Virus record (IMG/VR): IMGVR_UViG_3300033997_000478
Coordinates: 124,001 to 188,000 of that record
Direction: 5' to 3' (one strand)
Length of the DNA stretch: 64,000 nucleotides
Shown: positions 18,286 to 26,855 of the stretch, piece after piece
How the letters are laid out: each line of letters begins with the position of its first letter
How positions within the stretch are numbered: position 1 is the first letter of the stretch
Notes under the pieces: model-generated
Told to the model about the DNA's origin: nothing
The model's database searches: none
What the model saw: the letters and a program-made list of their open reading frames with translations, nothing else
Position numbers and translations under genes: made by a program

Positions 18286-18978
18286 ATGAAGCACCTGATG
18301 ATCGTGGCCGCGCTCGGCCTTGCTATCGCAGCCCCGGCATGGGGTCAGGATAGTACCCTCACCAGCAACAACACCAGCAGTTCCAGTTCGTCCACCTCCT
18401 CGCAGTCGGGGGCGATGAACCAGGGTGTACAGGCCACCGTCAACCAGATGTCCTCTGGTACGGTGGAGTACAGCGGCAGTTACACGCAAGACGTGCGGGC
18501 CCAGGTCCCGCTTTCGGTCGTCGGTTACGGCAGCTTCTCGCAGAACAACTGCCAGAACTCCGTGGGCGTCGGCGCCACCTCCCGCGTGTTCTCCTTCGTC
18601 TACAACGGACCGAAGGGCAATCCGCACTGCGAGGCGATCACTCGTTCGGACCAGTTCGGCCGCGAATCGCAGCTCGCCTATGCCCAGGGCCGCTCCCGCG
18701 ATGCGGAGCTGCTGCGCTCGATGAGCGTGTGGGAAACCTGCAACACCAACGAGACCACCAAGCAGGCTTGCCTGAAGATGGGTCTGGTCGACGGGGCTAC
18801 CTCGGTCGATGCTCGTGGGCGTGAATCGTCCATGATCCATCCCAAGCCGAACATGATCGAATCCCGTCCGATCGCGCAAGTCTCCGAGCCGACCTCGGGG
18901 CAGCAGGTGGTGCAGCCCACGGCGGCACAGGTGGTGGGTAGCAACGGCGCTGCGGCGCTGGTGCACGCCCGTAACTGA
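18286..18978 (+). CDS. Secreted protein with Ser-rich N-terminus and four-Cys domain
   Basis: Signal peptide ending AWG|Q; four Cys in the mature part. Confidence 0.78.
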   Translation: MKHLMIVAALGLAIAAPAWGQDSTLTSNNTSSSSSSTSSQSGAMNQGVQATVNQMSSGTVEYSGSYTQDVRAQVPLSVVGYGSFSQNNCQNSVGVGATSRVFSFVYNGPKGNPHCEAITRSDQFGRESQLAYAQGRSRDAELLRSMSVWETCNTNETTKQACLKMGLVDGATSVDARGRESSMIHPKPNMIESRPIAQVSEPTSGQQVVQPTAAQVVGSNGAAALVHARN

Positions 18979-18986
18979 TGGTCCGG

Positions 18987-19020
18987 CAGGGGGAGGAAAC
19001 TCCCCCTGTCTTTTATTTTT
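18987..19020 (+). terminator. Intrinsic terminator
   Basis: cagggggag-GAAA-ctccccctg followed by a T-tract. Confidence 0.8.
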
Positions 19021-19074
19021 CCCTCAGGAGAGCAATTAGATGTTGATCGAAAACTACCGTATGGAGATTGCAGC

Positions 19075-19488
19075 ATGAGTATCCCCGATTGGTTGATTTA
19101 CACGGCCGTACTGGTTCTGATGGTTCTGAATATCGCGCGCTCCCACCGCCGGTTCAAGGTCGCCCGCATTCTGTCCGAGCGGGTGGAGCAGGTTGGCCAG
19201 AAGGACTACAACCTGATGGTGCGCGCTTACGAGGCGCGTAACAATGGGTGGCGCGAATTGCGCATGCTCTTCGAGTTCGTCTGGCCGGTCTTTCTGATTG
19301 GACCGTACATCCCTTACGCCAACGGTTTCATCAAGACGCTGTGGATGCTCCAAGGTCTGGTAATGACCGTGGCCTACGTCATGCTCTGGTCGACCATACG
19401 TCAAGACTGGGGTCAGGACCACGTCCGCTATCTGCGGCACCTCCGCTGGCGCAAGCAGCAGAACTTCCCGATTTTCCGAGCCCCGTAA
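19075..19488 (+). CDS. Membrane protein
   Basis: Three hydrophobic segments; GGAG SD. Confidence 0.7.
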   Translation: MSIPDWLIYTAVLVLMVLNIARSHRRFKVARILSERVEQVGQKDYNLMVRAYEARNNGWRELRMLFEFVWPVFLIGPYIPYANGFIKTLWMLQGLVMTVAYVMLWSTIRQDWGQDHVRYLRHLRWRKQQNFPIFRAP

Positions 19489-19500
19489 GGAGAGAGTTTC

Positions 19501-20142
19501 ATGATTGGTGCTGAGCACATGAGTTGCCACCACTGGGCGGTGTACGAGAAGATCACCGCCCTGTTGGCGGTGGCCCAAGCCACTCCGGTGGAGACTATGG
19601 ATGACATTGCCGAAGAGTTCGGCGTCTTCCGGGTCCCCGACACCCACCCCCACGCGCCGGAGGAGTTCAAGTACGCCTACGTGCTGAGCTTGGAGGTTCC
19701 CTCCAATCACCGCGTGGCTGCCGAGAACGAAACCCCGCTGCGCTTCACCGTGGTCAAGCACGGTCAGTCTCAGAGCGGTTTCATGCGTGTCCTGCCGCCG
19801 GGTGGTCGGGAGTGGGTTGCCTTCTACACTCTCAACGAAATACACCTGAGCGTGCTGGAACCGCTGGTTGATACGTTGCTGGAATCTTATCCGGGTGTCA
19901 CCCAGCAGATGGAGTGGCAGTCGGTGCAGTATCGTGGCCAGCAGGCTGTGGCGCAGCTGATCGAAGTGCTGCACGAACGCAACCAGTTCGAGAAGCCCGA
20001 AGTGGAGTTGCTGGAAACGCTGGCACAGGTCTTCCTCCTGAAGAACGTGGACGCGCCGAACCCGCAGGCCAGTGCCTATGCCAAGGCGCTGCACAACTCG
20101 GCGCTGGAAACGGCCAAACTGGTCTTGGATCGTCTGAAGTAA
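19501..20142 (+). CDS. Hypothetical protein
   Basis: AAGGAG SD; 213 aa. Confidence 0.75.
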   Translation: MIGAEHMSCHHWAVYEKITALLAVAQATPVETMDDIAEEFGVFRVPDTHPHAPEEFKYAYVLSLEVPSNHRVAAENETPLRFTVVKHGQSQSGFMRVLPPGGREWVAFYTLNEIHLSVLEPLVDTLLESYPGVTQQMEWQSVQYRGQQAVAQLIEVLHERNQFEKPEVELLETLAQVFLLKNVDAPNPQASAYAKALHNSALETAKLVLDRLK

Positions 20143-20148
20143 TCGGCG

Positions 20149-20200
20149 GCATAAACCCCCTGCCTTCGGGCAGGGGGAACATATGCTGTTTTTTCTTTTC
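20149..20200. terminator. Terminator between convergent genes
   Basis: ccccctgcc-TTCG-ggcaggggg with GCATAA 5' flank and T-tract. Confidence 0.75.
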
Positions 20201-20204
20201 GCCC

Positions 20205-20729
20205 TTAGCCGCCCGGTGCGGTGTACACCAGACCATCCAGCAGGTTGTTCGGGACAACTTCAGCCAGATCGCGGGTAGCGGCCTTGACGGTCAGGGTGAC
20301 GCTGTTGATGTAGACGTACGAAGTGGCCAGCGCCGTCAGGGTGACGTCGTGGGTTTCGCCCGGCGCACCGGTGAAGGTGGGCAGGTCAGCGTCGGTGTAG
20401 TCCACGCCAGCAACCAGGTTGGTGCCGAAGCGGGTGTTGAACTCGGCCACCACGTGCGACAGGCGGGTCTTGCCTTCTTCATCGAAGGCCAGATCGCCGG
20501 TGGCGCCGATCACCGCCAGCGAGAGGCGGTTGTAGTAGAACGTCTGGGCACCGGTGAAACCGGCTTCCTGCTTACCGGTGACAACCACTTCCGAGTTACG
20601 CTGGGCGTCGAACGTCGAGGTCGACACGGCGCCGATCGTGATGTCGGTAGTCTTGAGGTTGGCCCCGGTGTTCTTCGCGTTGATCATTTCGATCAACAGT
20701 TGGGGAAAGGTCTTGCTCAGGTCACTCAT
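20205..20729 (-). CDS. Putative virion structural protein (YNRL-motif family)
   Basis: LLIEMINAKN...RNSEV...FTGAQTFYYNRLSL; the motif is shared with 24622 and 25760. Confidence 0.72.
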   Translation of the reverse strand: MSDLSKTFPQLLIEMINAKNTGANLKTTDITIGAVSTSTFDAQRNSEVVVTGKQEAGFTGAQTFYYNRLSLAVIGATGDLAFDEEGKTRLSHVVAEFNTRFGTNLVAGVDYTDADLPTFTGAPGETHDVTLTALATSYVYINSVTLTVKAATRDLAEVVPNNLLDGLVYTAPGG

Positions 20730-20796
20730 TGGGGGTTACTCCACGGGGAACACGTACCACATATTATGTCAGTACTTTTTAACAGAGGATCCCAAT

Positions 20797-21978
20797 ATGT
20801 CCATTCGGGCATTCTACGGTTTCGATGGAGTGGCCACGGGCGTGCAAGGAAGCTCGGGCGATGCCGCTATCGCACCCCAGCCGGGTGCGGGCGTATCCAA
20901 CAACCGCAACCAGCCTCTGACGATCAAGCTCTACAACCCCGCATCGCCCCAGTACAACGCAGTGGGCGTGACAGGTTTGGACCGGCACAAGGTCGGCAAG
21001 GTTGGCCAGCGCCGGAACGCACTGGTCATTCATCGTTACTCGTACGCCATCAGCTTCACCTCCGGCGCCACGGTCAATCTCTTCGACAAGATCGAAGGTA
21101 AAACCGACGCACCTTGGAAGGTGGTCGCAGGTTTCACCTACGTTGACTTCGCCGATCAGGAGCCAACGGTGGCTTACTGGTTGGCGCGAGTCAGTCGCGG
21201 TGAAAATCCGTCCTACTTCAATCTGATCCAGCGTCGCAATGACGGCAAGATCAGTGTCAACGGCAATGTAGTTCCCATCGAACGGAACAAGGAATACTAC
21301 TTCGAGATCGAACTGTGGTGTGATTCGGTTGTACCGGGTCGTTCGTCCAATCCGGTTTCGGCACGGGTTTACCTCGATGGCGAAGTGGTCGGCGAATGGC
21401 TGGGCTCATTCGGCTCGTTCGCCACTACCGGCACCACGCCGATGGGTCTGGAAGTGGGCTATGTGGCCCATGCTTCCAATCCCATCGTGATGCAGATGGG
21501 CATTGCCGACGTCTACGTACTGGACGGCACTGGCGAGTCGCCTTACAACGAACGCCTGGGTGCGCAGCAGGTCGAGTTCAAGCGTCCCAATGCAGTGGTT
21601 GAAGGCGGCTGGATTCCCACGGGCACCAGTAACGCACTGACGGCTCTGACCGATGGTTTGGATTCCACAGGTCTTAAGAGTCCCAAGGGCAGTACTACCG
21701 GCGTGCTGCAGGTCAACCTCGGTTTGAACAGCGGCTCGATCGTCAATGGCGTGCTGGTCTACGCACGCGGCGATCGTGGTCCGGGTGCGCCTCGCGCTAT
21801 CTCTGGAGCCATCGAAGACTCCAACGGCACCGCCTTGGGGCAGGAAAAGAAAACCGGGTTTGTGCCCTCGCTTTCCGATACGGTCTTGGCTGAGTATTTG
21901 CCGAGTAAGACAATCGACATGGCCGCCTTGATTGGCAATCGTTTGAACAACATCACTGTCGACTTCAAGGTCGAATAA
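20797..21978 (+). CDS. Putative tail-fibre/receptor-binding protein, GFD paralogue 1
   Basis: MSIRAFYGFD start; beta-rich; DVYVLDGTGESPYNERLG. Confidence 0.7.
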   Translation: MSIRAFYGFDGVATGVQGSSGDAAIAPQPGAGVSNNRNQPLTIKLYNPASPQYNAVGVTGLDRHKVGKVGQRRNALVIHRYSYAISFTSGATVNLFDKIEGKTDAPWKVVAGFTYVDFADQEPTVAYWLARVSRGENPSYFNLIQRRNDGKISVNGNVVPIERNKEYYFEIELWCDSVVPGRSSNPVSARVYLDGEVVGEWLGSFGSFATTGTTPMGLEVGYVAHASNPIVMQMGIADVYVLDGTGESPYNERLGAQQVEFKRPNAVVEGGWIPTGTSNALTALTDGLDSTGLKSPKGSTTGVLQVNLGLNSGSIVNGVLVYARGDRGPGAPRAISGAIEDSNGTALGQEKKTGFVPSLSDTVLAEYLPSKTIDMAALIGNRLNNITVDFKVE

Positions 21979-21988
21979 AGGAGTCAAC

Positions 21989-23158
21989 GTGTCTCTTCTC
22001 TTCTTCGCCGGTTTTGACAACTTCGGCGGTGGCTTGGCCGGTACCGCCGGCGGAACGGCCGACTTCCCGGCCTCCAAGGCAGGTATCGCCGGCACTCCGT
22101 ATGAAACCCAGATTCCCATTGTCTACGGTGGTACAGGTATCTACAACAGCATGGGTGTGCCTAACCAAGATCGCTTCCGCATTGGCAGCGGCGCCGAGCG
22201 CCGTAACATGCTGGTGGCAGCGTGCGGCGGTGCCACTGCAACCTACTTTGCCATGGCGCGCATCGGCGCCGGTATCAACTACACGATCGGCCAACCATTC
22301 CAACTGACCATCGGATTCAACATCTGCGACTTCTCCTCGGCCAATCCAGCCGGTGGTTATTTCGCAGTGCGTCTGTGCCGTGCCACGGGCACGCTGGTAA
22401 ATCTGATCGAACACATCGGTGGTACCAGTAATTGGCGTCTGGCGGGTTCGCCGCTATACGCTTTCACGTTGGGTCAGCCGACTTACGTGGAGTTCGTCAT
22501 TGACATCCCCAATCCCAATGGCAGCAGCAACACCTTCCGGTGCCAGGTCTACGTCAATGGGGAGTTGTATCACACCAACGCGGCACTGACCTCGCTGACG
22601 CCCCAAACCACCGAACTCTTCTTCGAGCTCGGTTACGATCGTGTACAGACAGCCAACCGGTATATTGGCTTCTCCGACATCTACCTGCTCGACGGCGCCG
22701 GTGAGGCACCGTTCAATTCGCGCTTGGGACCGCAGATCGTTCTGCCGTACAAGGCCGACAGCGTGGTGGCTTCGGGTTGGACGCCGAATGGCGGTACCGA
22801 TCCGTTGACGCTGCTGACGGACGGTTCGGATTCGACGTACCTGACCTCACCTATCGGTAAGGCGTCCATCGATGTGACGGCTGATCTGAAGCTGGCACCA
22901 GGCAGTCAGGTCAATGGCCTGGCCTTCTTCACCCGTGTCGGCCGCGACTCCGGTGCGCCGCGTCAGTTGATTAGTACGGCCAAGCGTGTTGCCGACGGTA
23001 CGACTCTGGGTGCATCCATTACTGCCAGTACCACGGCTGCTCCCGGTTACGTGAACTCTGCGCGGTATCTGCCCAAGACTCCGGCCGAACGTGAGTTGCT
23101 GAACTTCTCCGACTCCGGCAAGGTCAGCTTCAACATCTCCTCCGAACAATCAGGCTAA
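21989..23158 (+). CDS. Putative tail-fibre/receptor-binding protein, GFD paralogue 2
   Basis: MSLLFFAGFD start; DIYLLDGAGEAPFNSRLG. Confidence 0.7.
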   Translation: MSLLFFAGFDNFGGGLAGTAGGTADFPASKAGIAGTPYETQIPIVYGGTGIYNSMGVPNQDRFRIGSGAERRNMLVAACGGATATYFAMARIGAGINYTIGQPFQLTIGFNICDFSSANPAGGYFAVRLCRATGTLVNLIEHIGGTSNWRLAGSPLYAFTLGQPTYVEFVIDIPNPNGSSNTFRCQVYVNGELYHTNAALTSLTPQTTELFFELGYDRVQTANRYIGFSDIYLLDGAGEAPFNSRLGPQIVLPYKADSVVASGWTPNGGTDPLTLLTDGSDSTYLTSPIGKASIDVTADLKLAPGSQVNGLAFFTRVGRDSGAPRQLISTAKRVADGTTLGASITASTTAAPGYVNSARYLPKTPAERELLNFSDSGKVSFNISSEQSG

Positions 23159-23168
23159 GGAATAAGTC

Positions 23169-24272
23169 ATGGCCATCCTCAAATTTACGGGCTTTGACAT
23201 GTTCCCCGGTCAGGCCAATGCGGGTAACACCCTACCCGTCCATGGGGCGGGCGTCACTGGTACGCCAATTGCTGCCTCGTTCCCGATCACCGTATCCAAC
23301 ACCAGTCACTTGGTGGGCGTGTCGGGTCTGGCCGCGCACAAGATCGGCAGCGGTGCCAAGCAGCGAAATGGGTTGGTCGTTTACCGCCCCGCCGGTACTT
23401 CGACCCACGCCTTGCTGACGGTGATCAATGGCGAAACCCTTGGCAACGGCGCGTGGGCGCGCGTGATCAACTTCACCGTCAAGGACATCTCTGGCGCTGA
23501 CATCAATACGGCGGTATCGCTGGCCACCATCGGCACGGGCCCGACGGTACTCAACGGCTATCTGCTGGGACTGAATGCCAGTAAGGCCATCATGGTCAAC
23601 GGGTCGAGTGTTTCTGGACTGGTCTGGGAACTCAACCGCGAGTACAGCGTAGAAATCAAGATGTGGCGAGTAGGCACCGAGCCTAACAACTACTACAATC
23701 TTGAGGTGCGTCTGGACGGTACGGTCATCCGTACATTGCAGATCACCACGATAGCCTTCACCACCCCGATGTACGTCACGCTGGGTATGAACTCCAACAC
23801 CAACATCACCACGGCACGCACGCTGGTTTACAGCGACATCGTGGTCAGCGACGGCGACTATCTCGGTCCCTCGCAGGTGTTGCCTGCTACCGTCACTGCT
23901 GTTCCTGCGGCTGGTGGTTGGGAGAAGGAAGGTAACGCCGATGCGCCCACCACGTTGAACGACCGCGATGACACCACCTGCTACACGTCTCCGGTCGACT
24001 CCGGCGCACTGAGCGTGAAACTCGGCATTAGCGAGGACAGTGCGGTTCCGGTTCGCAGTGCTCAGTTCTTTGTGCGCAGCACCCGTGATGCAAGTGCCGG
24101 CCGTGGCATGCAGGTCAAGCTGGAAGATACATCGGGCGCCGCCGTAGGTGGCCCGGTGTTGATTTCCAATACCACCGCTTTCGCCGATTACCGGGCATTC
24201 AACGTGAACAGCCTAGCCAGCGTCGGTGACGTCGCTGGCTCGACGCTCAAGATCAGCGCCATCGTACCCTAA
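23169..24272 (+). CDS. Putative tail-fibre/receptor-binding protein, GFD paralogue 3
   Basis: MAILKFTGFD start; SDIVVSDGDYLGP. Confidence 0.7.
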   Translation: MAILKFTGFDMFPGQANAGNTLPVHGAGVTGTPIAASFPITVSNTSHLVGVSGLAAHKIGSGAKQRNGLVVYRPAGTSTHALLTVINGETLGNGAWARVINFTVKDISGADINTAVSLATIGTGPTVLNGYLLGLNASKAIMVNGSSVSGLVWELNREYSVEIKMWRVGTEPNNYYNLEVRLDGTVIRTLQITTIAFTTPMYVTLGMNSNTNITTARTLVYSDIVVSDGDYLGPSQVLPATVTAVPAAGGWEKEGNADAPTTLNDRDDTTCYTSPVDSGALSVKLGISEDSAVPVRSAQFFVRSTRDASAGRGMQVKLEDTSGAAVGGPVLISNTTAFADYRAFNVNSLASVGDVAGSTLKISAIVP

Positions 24273-24284
24273 GGAGGGGCTGAC

Positions 24285-24611
24285 ATGAGTGACTTCAAAG
24301 TCTCACGCGTAGCCGCCCAGACGGTGGTTCCGGTAGTTTCCAAGGGCCTGGTGTATGAGGTCAATGGTAACTACATGAAGCGCAGGACGGTCAACGCCCA
24401 GATTTACGAGGTGACTGGCAACTACATGCGCGACGCCCGTATCTTGGACATGACCAAACCGCTGAAGGTATCGGCGGTGCGTGCCCAAGTGATCGTGCCG
24501 GTGGTGGTGGATACCACCATTACCGAAATCGGCGTACTGATGCTCAAGTCGCAGAACGATCGCGTGATCCCGGAAACCACCGGCGCGTTCCTCCAAACCC
24601 GCCAAGCCTAA
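24285..24611 (+). CDS. Putative virion protein with internal beta repeats
   Basis: KVSRVAAQTVVPVV/KVSAVRAQVIVPVV and YEVNGNYM/YEVTGNYM repeats. Confidence 0.7.
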   Translation: MSDFKVSRVAAQTVVPVVSKGLVYEVNGNYMKRRTVNAQIYEVTGNYMRDARILDMTKPLKVSAVRAQVIVPVVVDTTITEIGVLMLKSQNDRVIPETTGAFLQTRQA

Positions 24612-24621
24612 AGGTGCCCCA

Positions 24622-25170
24622 ATGAGCGTGGATTTTGCAAAGCCTCCATTGGAAAACCTGATGGAGTTGATGAACGCCAAAAGCTCGATCGTGGCTACCG
24701 TTGGCGACTTCATGGAAATCGGTAAGCCCGTCGTTCTGACGGGCGATCCCGACGGTCGAAACACACAGGTGAAGTTGCGTACCAGCATGGACTACAGCCA
24801 TGCTGGCTTCGTGACGGTCAAGTACAACCGCCTGCCCTTGAATGTGGTGATCACCCCGGATGTGAACATCACCGTTGAGGACTACCAAAAGTTCGATGTC
24901 GCTCTGGACATGTACCGTCGTAAGTACGGTGTGTATCTGGATGAGAAAGACATCGTTACCGAGCAACCCTTTGACGTGTCCGGTGGTGACCTGACCTACC
25001 AAGTGGCTGTGAAGTCGCCTGCGGACTCCTACGGTTACACCGGCACGGCCACCTTGACGGTCAACGTCAACTGGCGTCTGGATGACCCTGAGTTGGTGGA
25101 GGTGGAGATCAATCGCCTGCGTCAGCTGGTGCAAGTCTCTATTCCCATGTCCATCCTTACTGCCTTCTAA
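24622..25170 (+). CDS. Putative virion structural protein (YNRL-motif family)
   Basis: GRNTQV...VKYNRLPL...SYGYTG. Confidence 0.7.
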   Translation: MSVDFAKPPLENLMELMNAKSSIVATVGDFMEIGKPVVLTGDPDGRNTQVKLRTSMDYSHAGFVTVKYNRLPLNVVITPDVNITVEDYQKFDVALDMYRRKYGVYLDEKDIVTEQPFDVSGGDLTYQVAVKSPADSYGYTGTATLTVNVNWRLDDPELVEVEINRLRQLVQVSIPMSILTAF

Positions 25171-25179
25171 GGAGCCCCT

Positions 25180-25749
25180 GTGTCCAACCCCACCAATCCC
25201 CCGACCCAGCAAGAACTGCTGGAGCGTCAGAAGCTGCTGCTGGACCGCATGGAAGTGGACAGCGGCGACTTCCAGAAGTTCCTTCATGGTGCTGCGGGCG
25301 AAACCATCATGACTGACAGCGGCCCGATTCCTACGCTGGCCGGTCTGGTTGAGATGGTCTCCCAGCAGTCTGGTGCGCGTCGCTATGAGATCGCCTACTT
25401 CGCCGAAGACCTTACCCGCTATGCCAACGGCAACGAACCGCTGTTGCGCACGCTGCCGAGTGTGGCCGTCGTACTCCACCACGCCATGGTCGGCTCGTTC
25501 TTCAAGCTGGCCACCCCGTCCAGCCAGAAGATCCAGCTGACCCTGACGGCCGGTACCGATACCTTCGTCATTGAGTTCGCTGCCAACAGCACCGATGGTG
25601 CGGTGGTTTCGGCCACGATCACCGAGCCGAAGGTCTACGATCCGGGTACGATGATCACCCTGAGCCTGACCAGCCCGTCGTGGACGGCCAAGGGTCTGGT
25701 GGTCAATATCCTCGGCTTCGTACAGCCGCCGACACCGGCCGACGCCTAA
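25180..25749 (+). CDS. Putative virion/tail protein
   Basis: HGAAGETIMTDSGPIPTLAG resembles tail-spike head-binding segments; structural context. Confidence 0.62.
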   Translation: MSNPTNPPTQQELLERQKLLLDRMEVDSGDFQKFLHGAAGETIMTDSGPIPTLAGLVEMVSQQSGARRYEIAYFAEDLTRYANGNEPLLRTLPSVAVVLHHAMVGSFFKLATPSSQKIQLTLTAGTDTFVIEFAANSTDGAVVSATITEPKVYDPGTMITLSLTSPSWTAKGLVVNILGFVQPPTPADA

Positions 25750-25759
25750 GGAGTGAGCG

Positions 25760-26812
25760 ATGCCCGACCATCTGAATAAACCCAGTGCGGAGCTGATCAT
25801 CGATCTGGTGAACAAGACCGGTGTGCAGACCCCGCTTGCGGTCGGTGACGTCACTTTCGATGTGCCTGTTGTAGTCAACAACGGCACGCGCAACAGTTCG
25901 GTGGTCATGCGTGGTGTGCGTGCTAACGGTTTTCGTGGTACGCGTACGGTACGCTACAACCGCCTGGACCTGAGTGTTGCCATGCCGCCCACGGACGGGC
26001 AGACCATGGAAGTGATGGTCCCCAACGACGGCTTTGAAACCAAGCTGGAAGTGTGCGACCGACTGAACAAGCAGTACAAGTTGCAAATCGGCGCTGATGA
26101 CATTGTCGACGGCCCGGTGGATACCACGGTACTGCCGGCCACCACCAACATCCAAGCCAAGCCGGGCTCGCTGGCATGGTTCGGTTCTCTGTCGATCGAG
26201 TTCGTGCCGGATCGTCCGTTCTACAAGGACACCTTCTCCACCTTCGTGCTCGACGGCTTGCCGACACCGGTTGCCGTACCGGCAGAGCTGGTTCCTCCGT
26301 CCAACAGCATCAACGACTACACCACTACGGTCAATGGGGAAGCCAAGGTTTCCTTCAGTCCGCGTGTGGGCGATGGTAGCGTTGCAGTGCCTGGGCAGAG
26401 TTCGGACTACAGCTTCTCGCTGACCTTGGCCGGTGCTGATGACTGGTGCGTGCTGTTGGATCTGGGCTTCCTGTCCAAGACCACCAACTTCGCTGAAACC
26501 TACCAGACCCAGTTTGCGATCACTGCTCCGGATAAAACCGAACTGGTGCTCAAGTTGGTATGGGACGGTAGCGATTACACGCTGGTCAACACCGACAAGG
26601 CCCTGAGCCTGCCTGTGGAGCCCACCGATGCCAATGGCGCACAGCTTACCGCCAAGGTGAGCATGAAGGCCTTGGAAGCGCATCTGGGGACGATCATGCG
26701 CAGTGCACAAGGTGTTCCGCTGGGTTCGTACACCCTGCGCCTGCAAGCGCGTCGAATCAACACGATCGCTCCGCGCGTGCTGGCCTCGGCGACGGCCAAA
26801 GTCACCAACTGA
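25760..26812 (+). CDS. Putative virion structural protein (YNRL-motif family)
   Basis: LIIDLVNKT...RNSSV...FRGTRTVRYNRLDL...SLAWFGSL. Confidence 0.72.
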   Translation: MPDHLNKPSAELIIDLVNKTGVQTPLAVGDVTFDVPVVVNNGTRNSSVVMRGVRANGFRGTRTVRYNRLDLSVAMPPTDGQTMEVMVPNDGFETKLEVCDRLNKQYKLQIGADDIVDGPVDTTVLPATTNIQAKPGSLAWFGSLSIEFVPDRPFYKDTFSTFVLDGLPTPVAVPAELVPPSNSINDYTTTVNGEAKVSFSPRVGDGSVAVPGQSSDYSFSLTLAGADDWCVLLDLGFLSKTTNFAETYQTQFAITAPDKTELVLKLVWDGSDYTLVNTDKALSLPVEPTDANGAQLTAKVSMKALEAHLGTIMRSAQGVPLGSYTLRLQARRINTIAPRVLASATAKVTN

Positions 26813-26815
26813 CGG

Positions 26816-26851
26816 CATAGACCCCCTCCCAAAGCGGGAGGGGGCTTATGT
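26816..26851. terminator. Bidirectional terminator
   Basis: GCATAG-cccctccc...gggaggggg-CTTATG between convergent genes. Confidence 0.72.
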
Positions 26852-26855
26852 CGGC

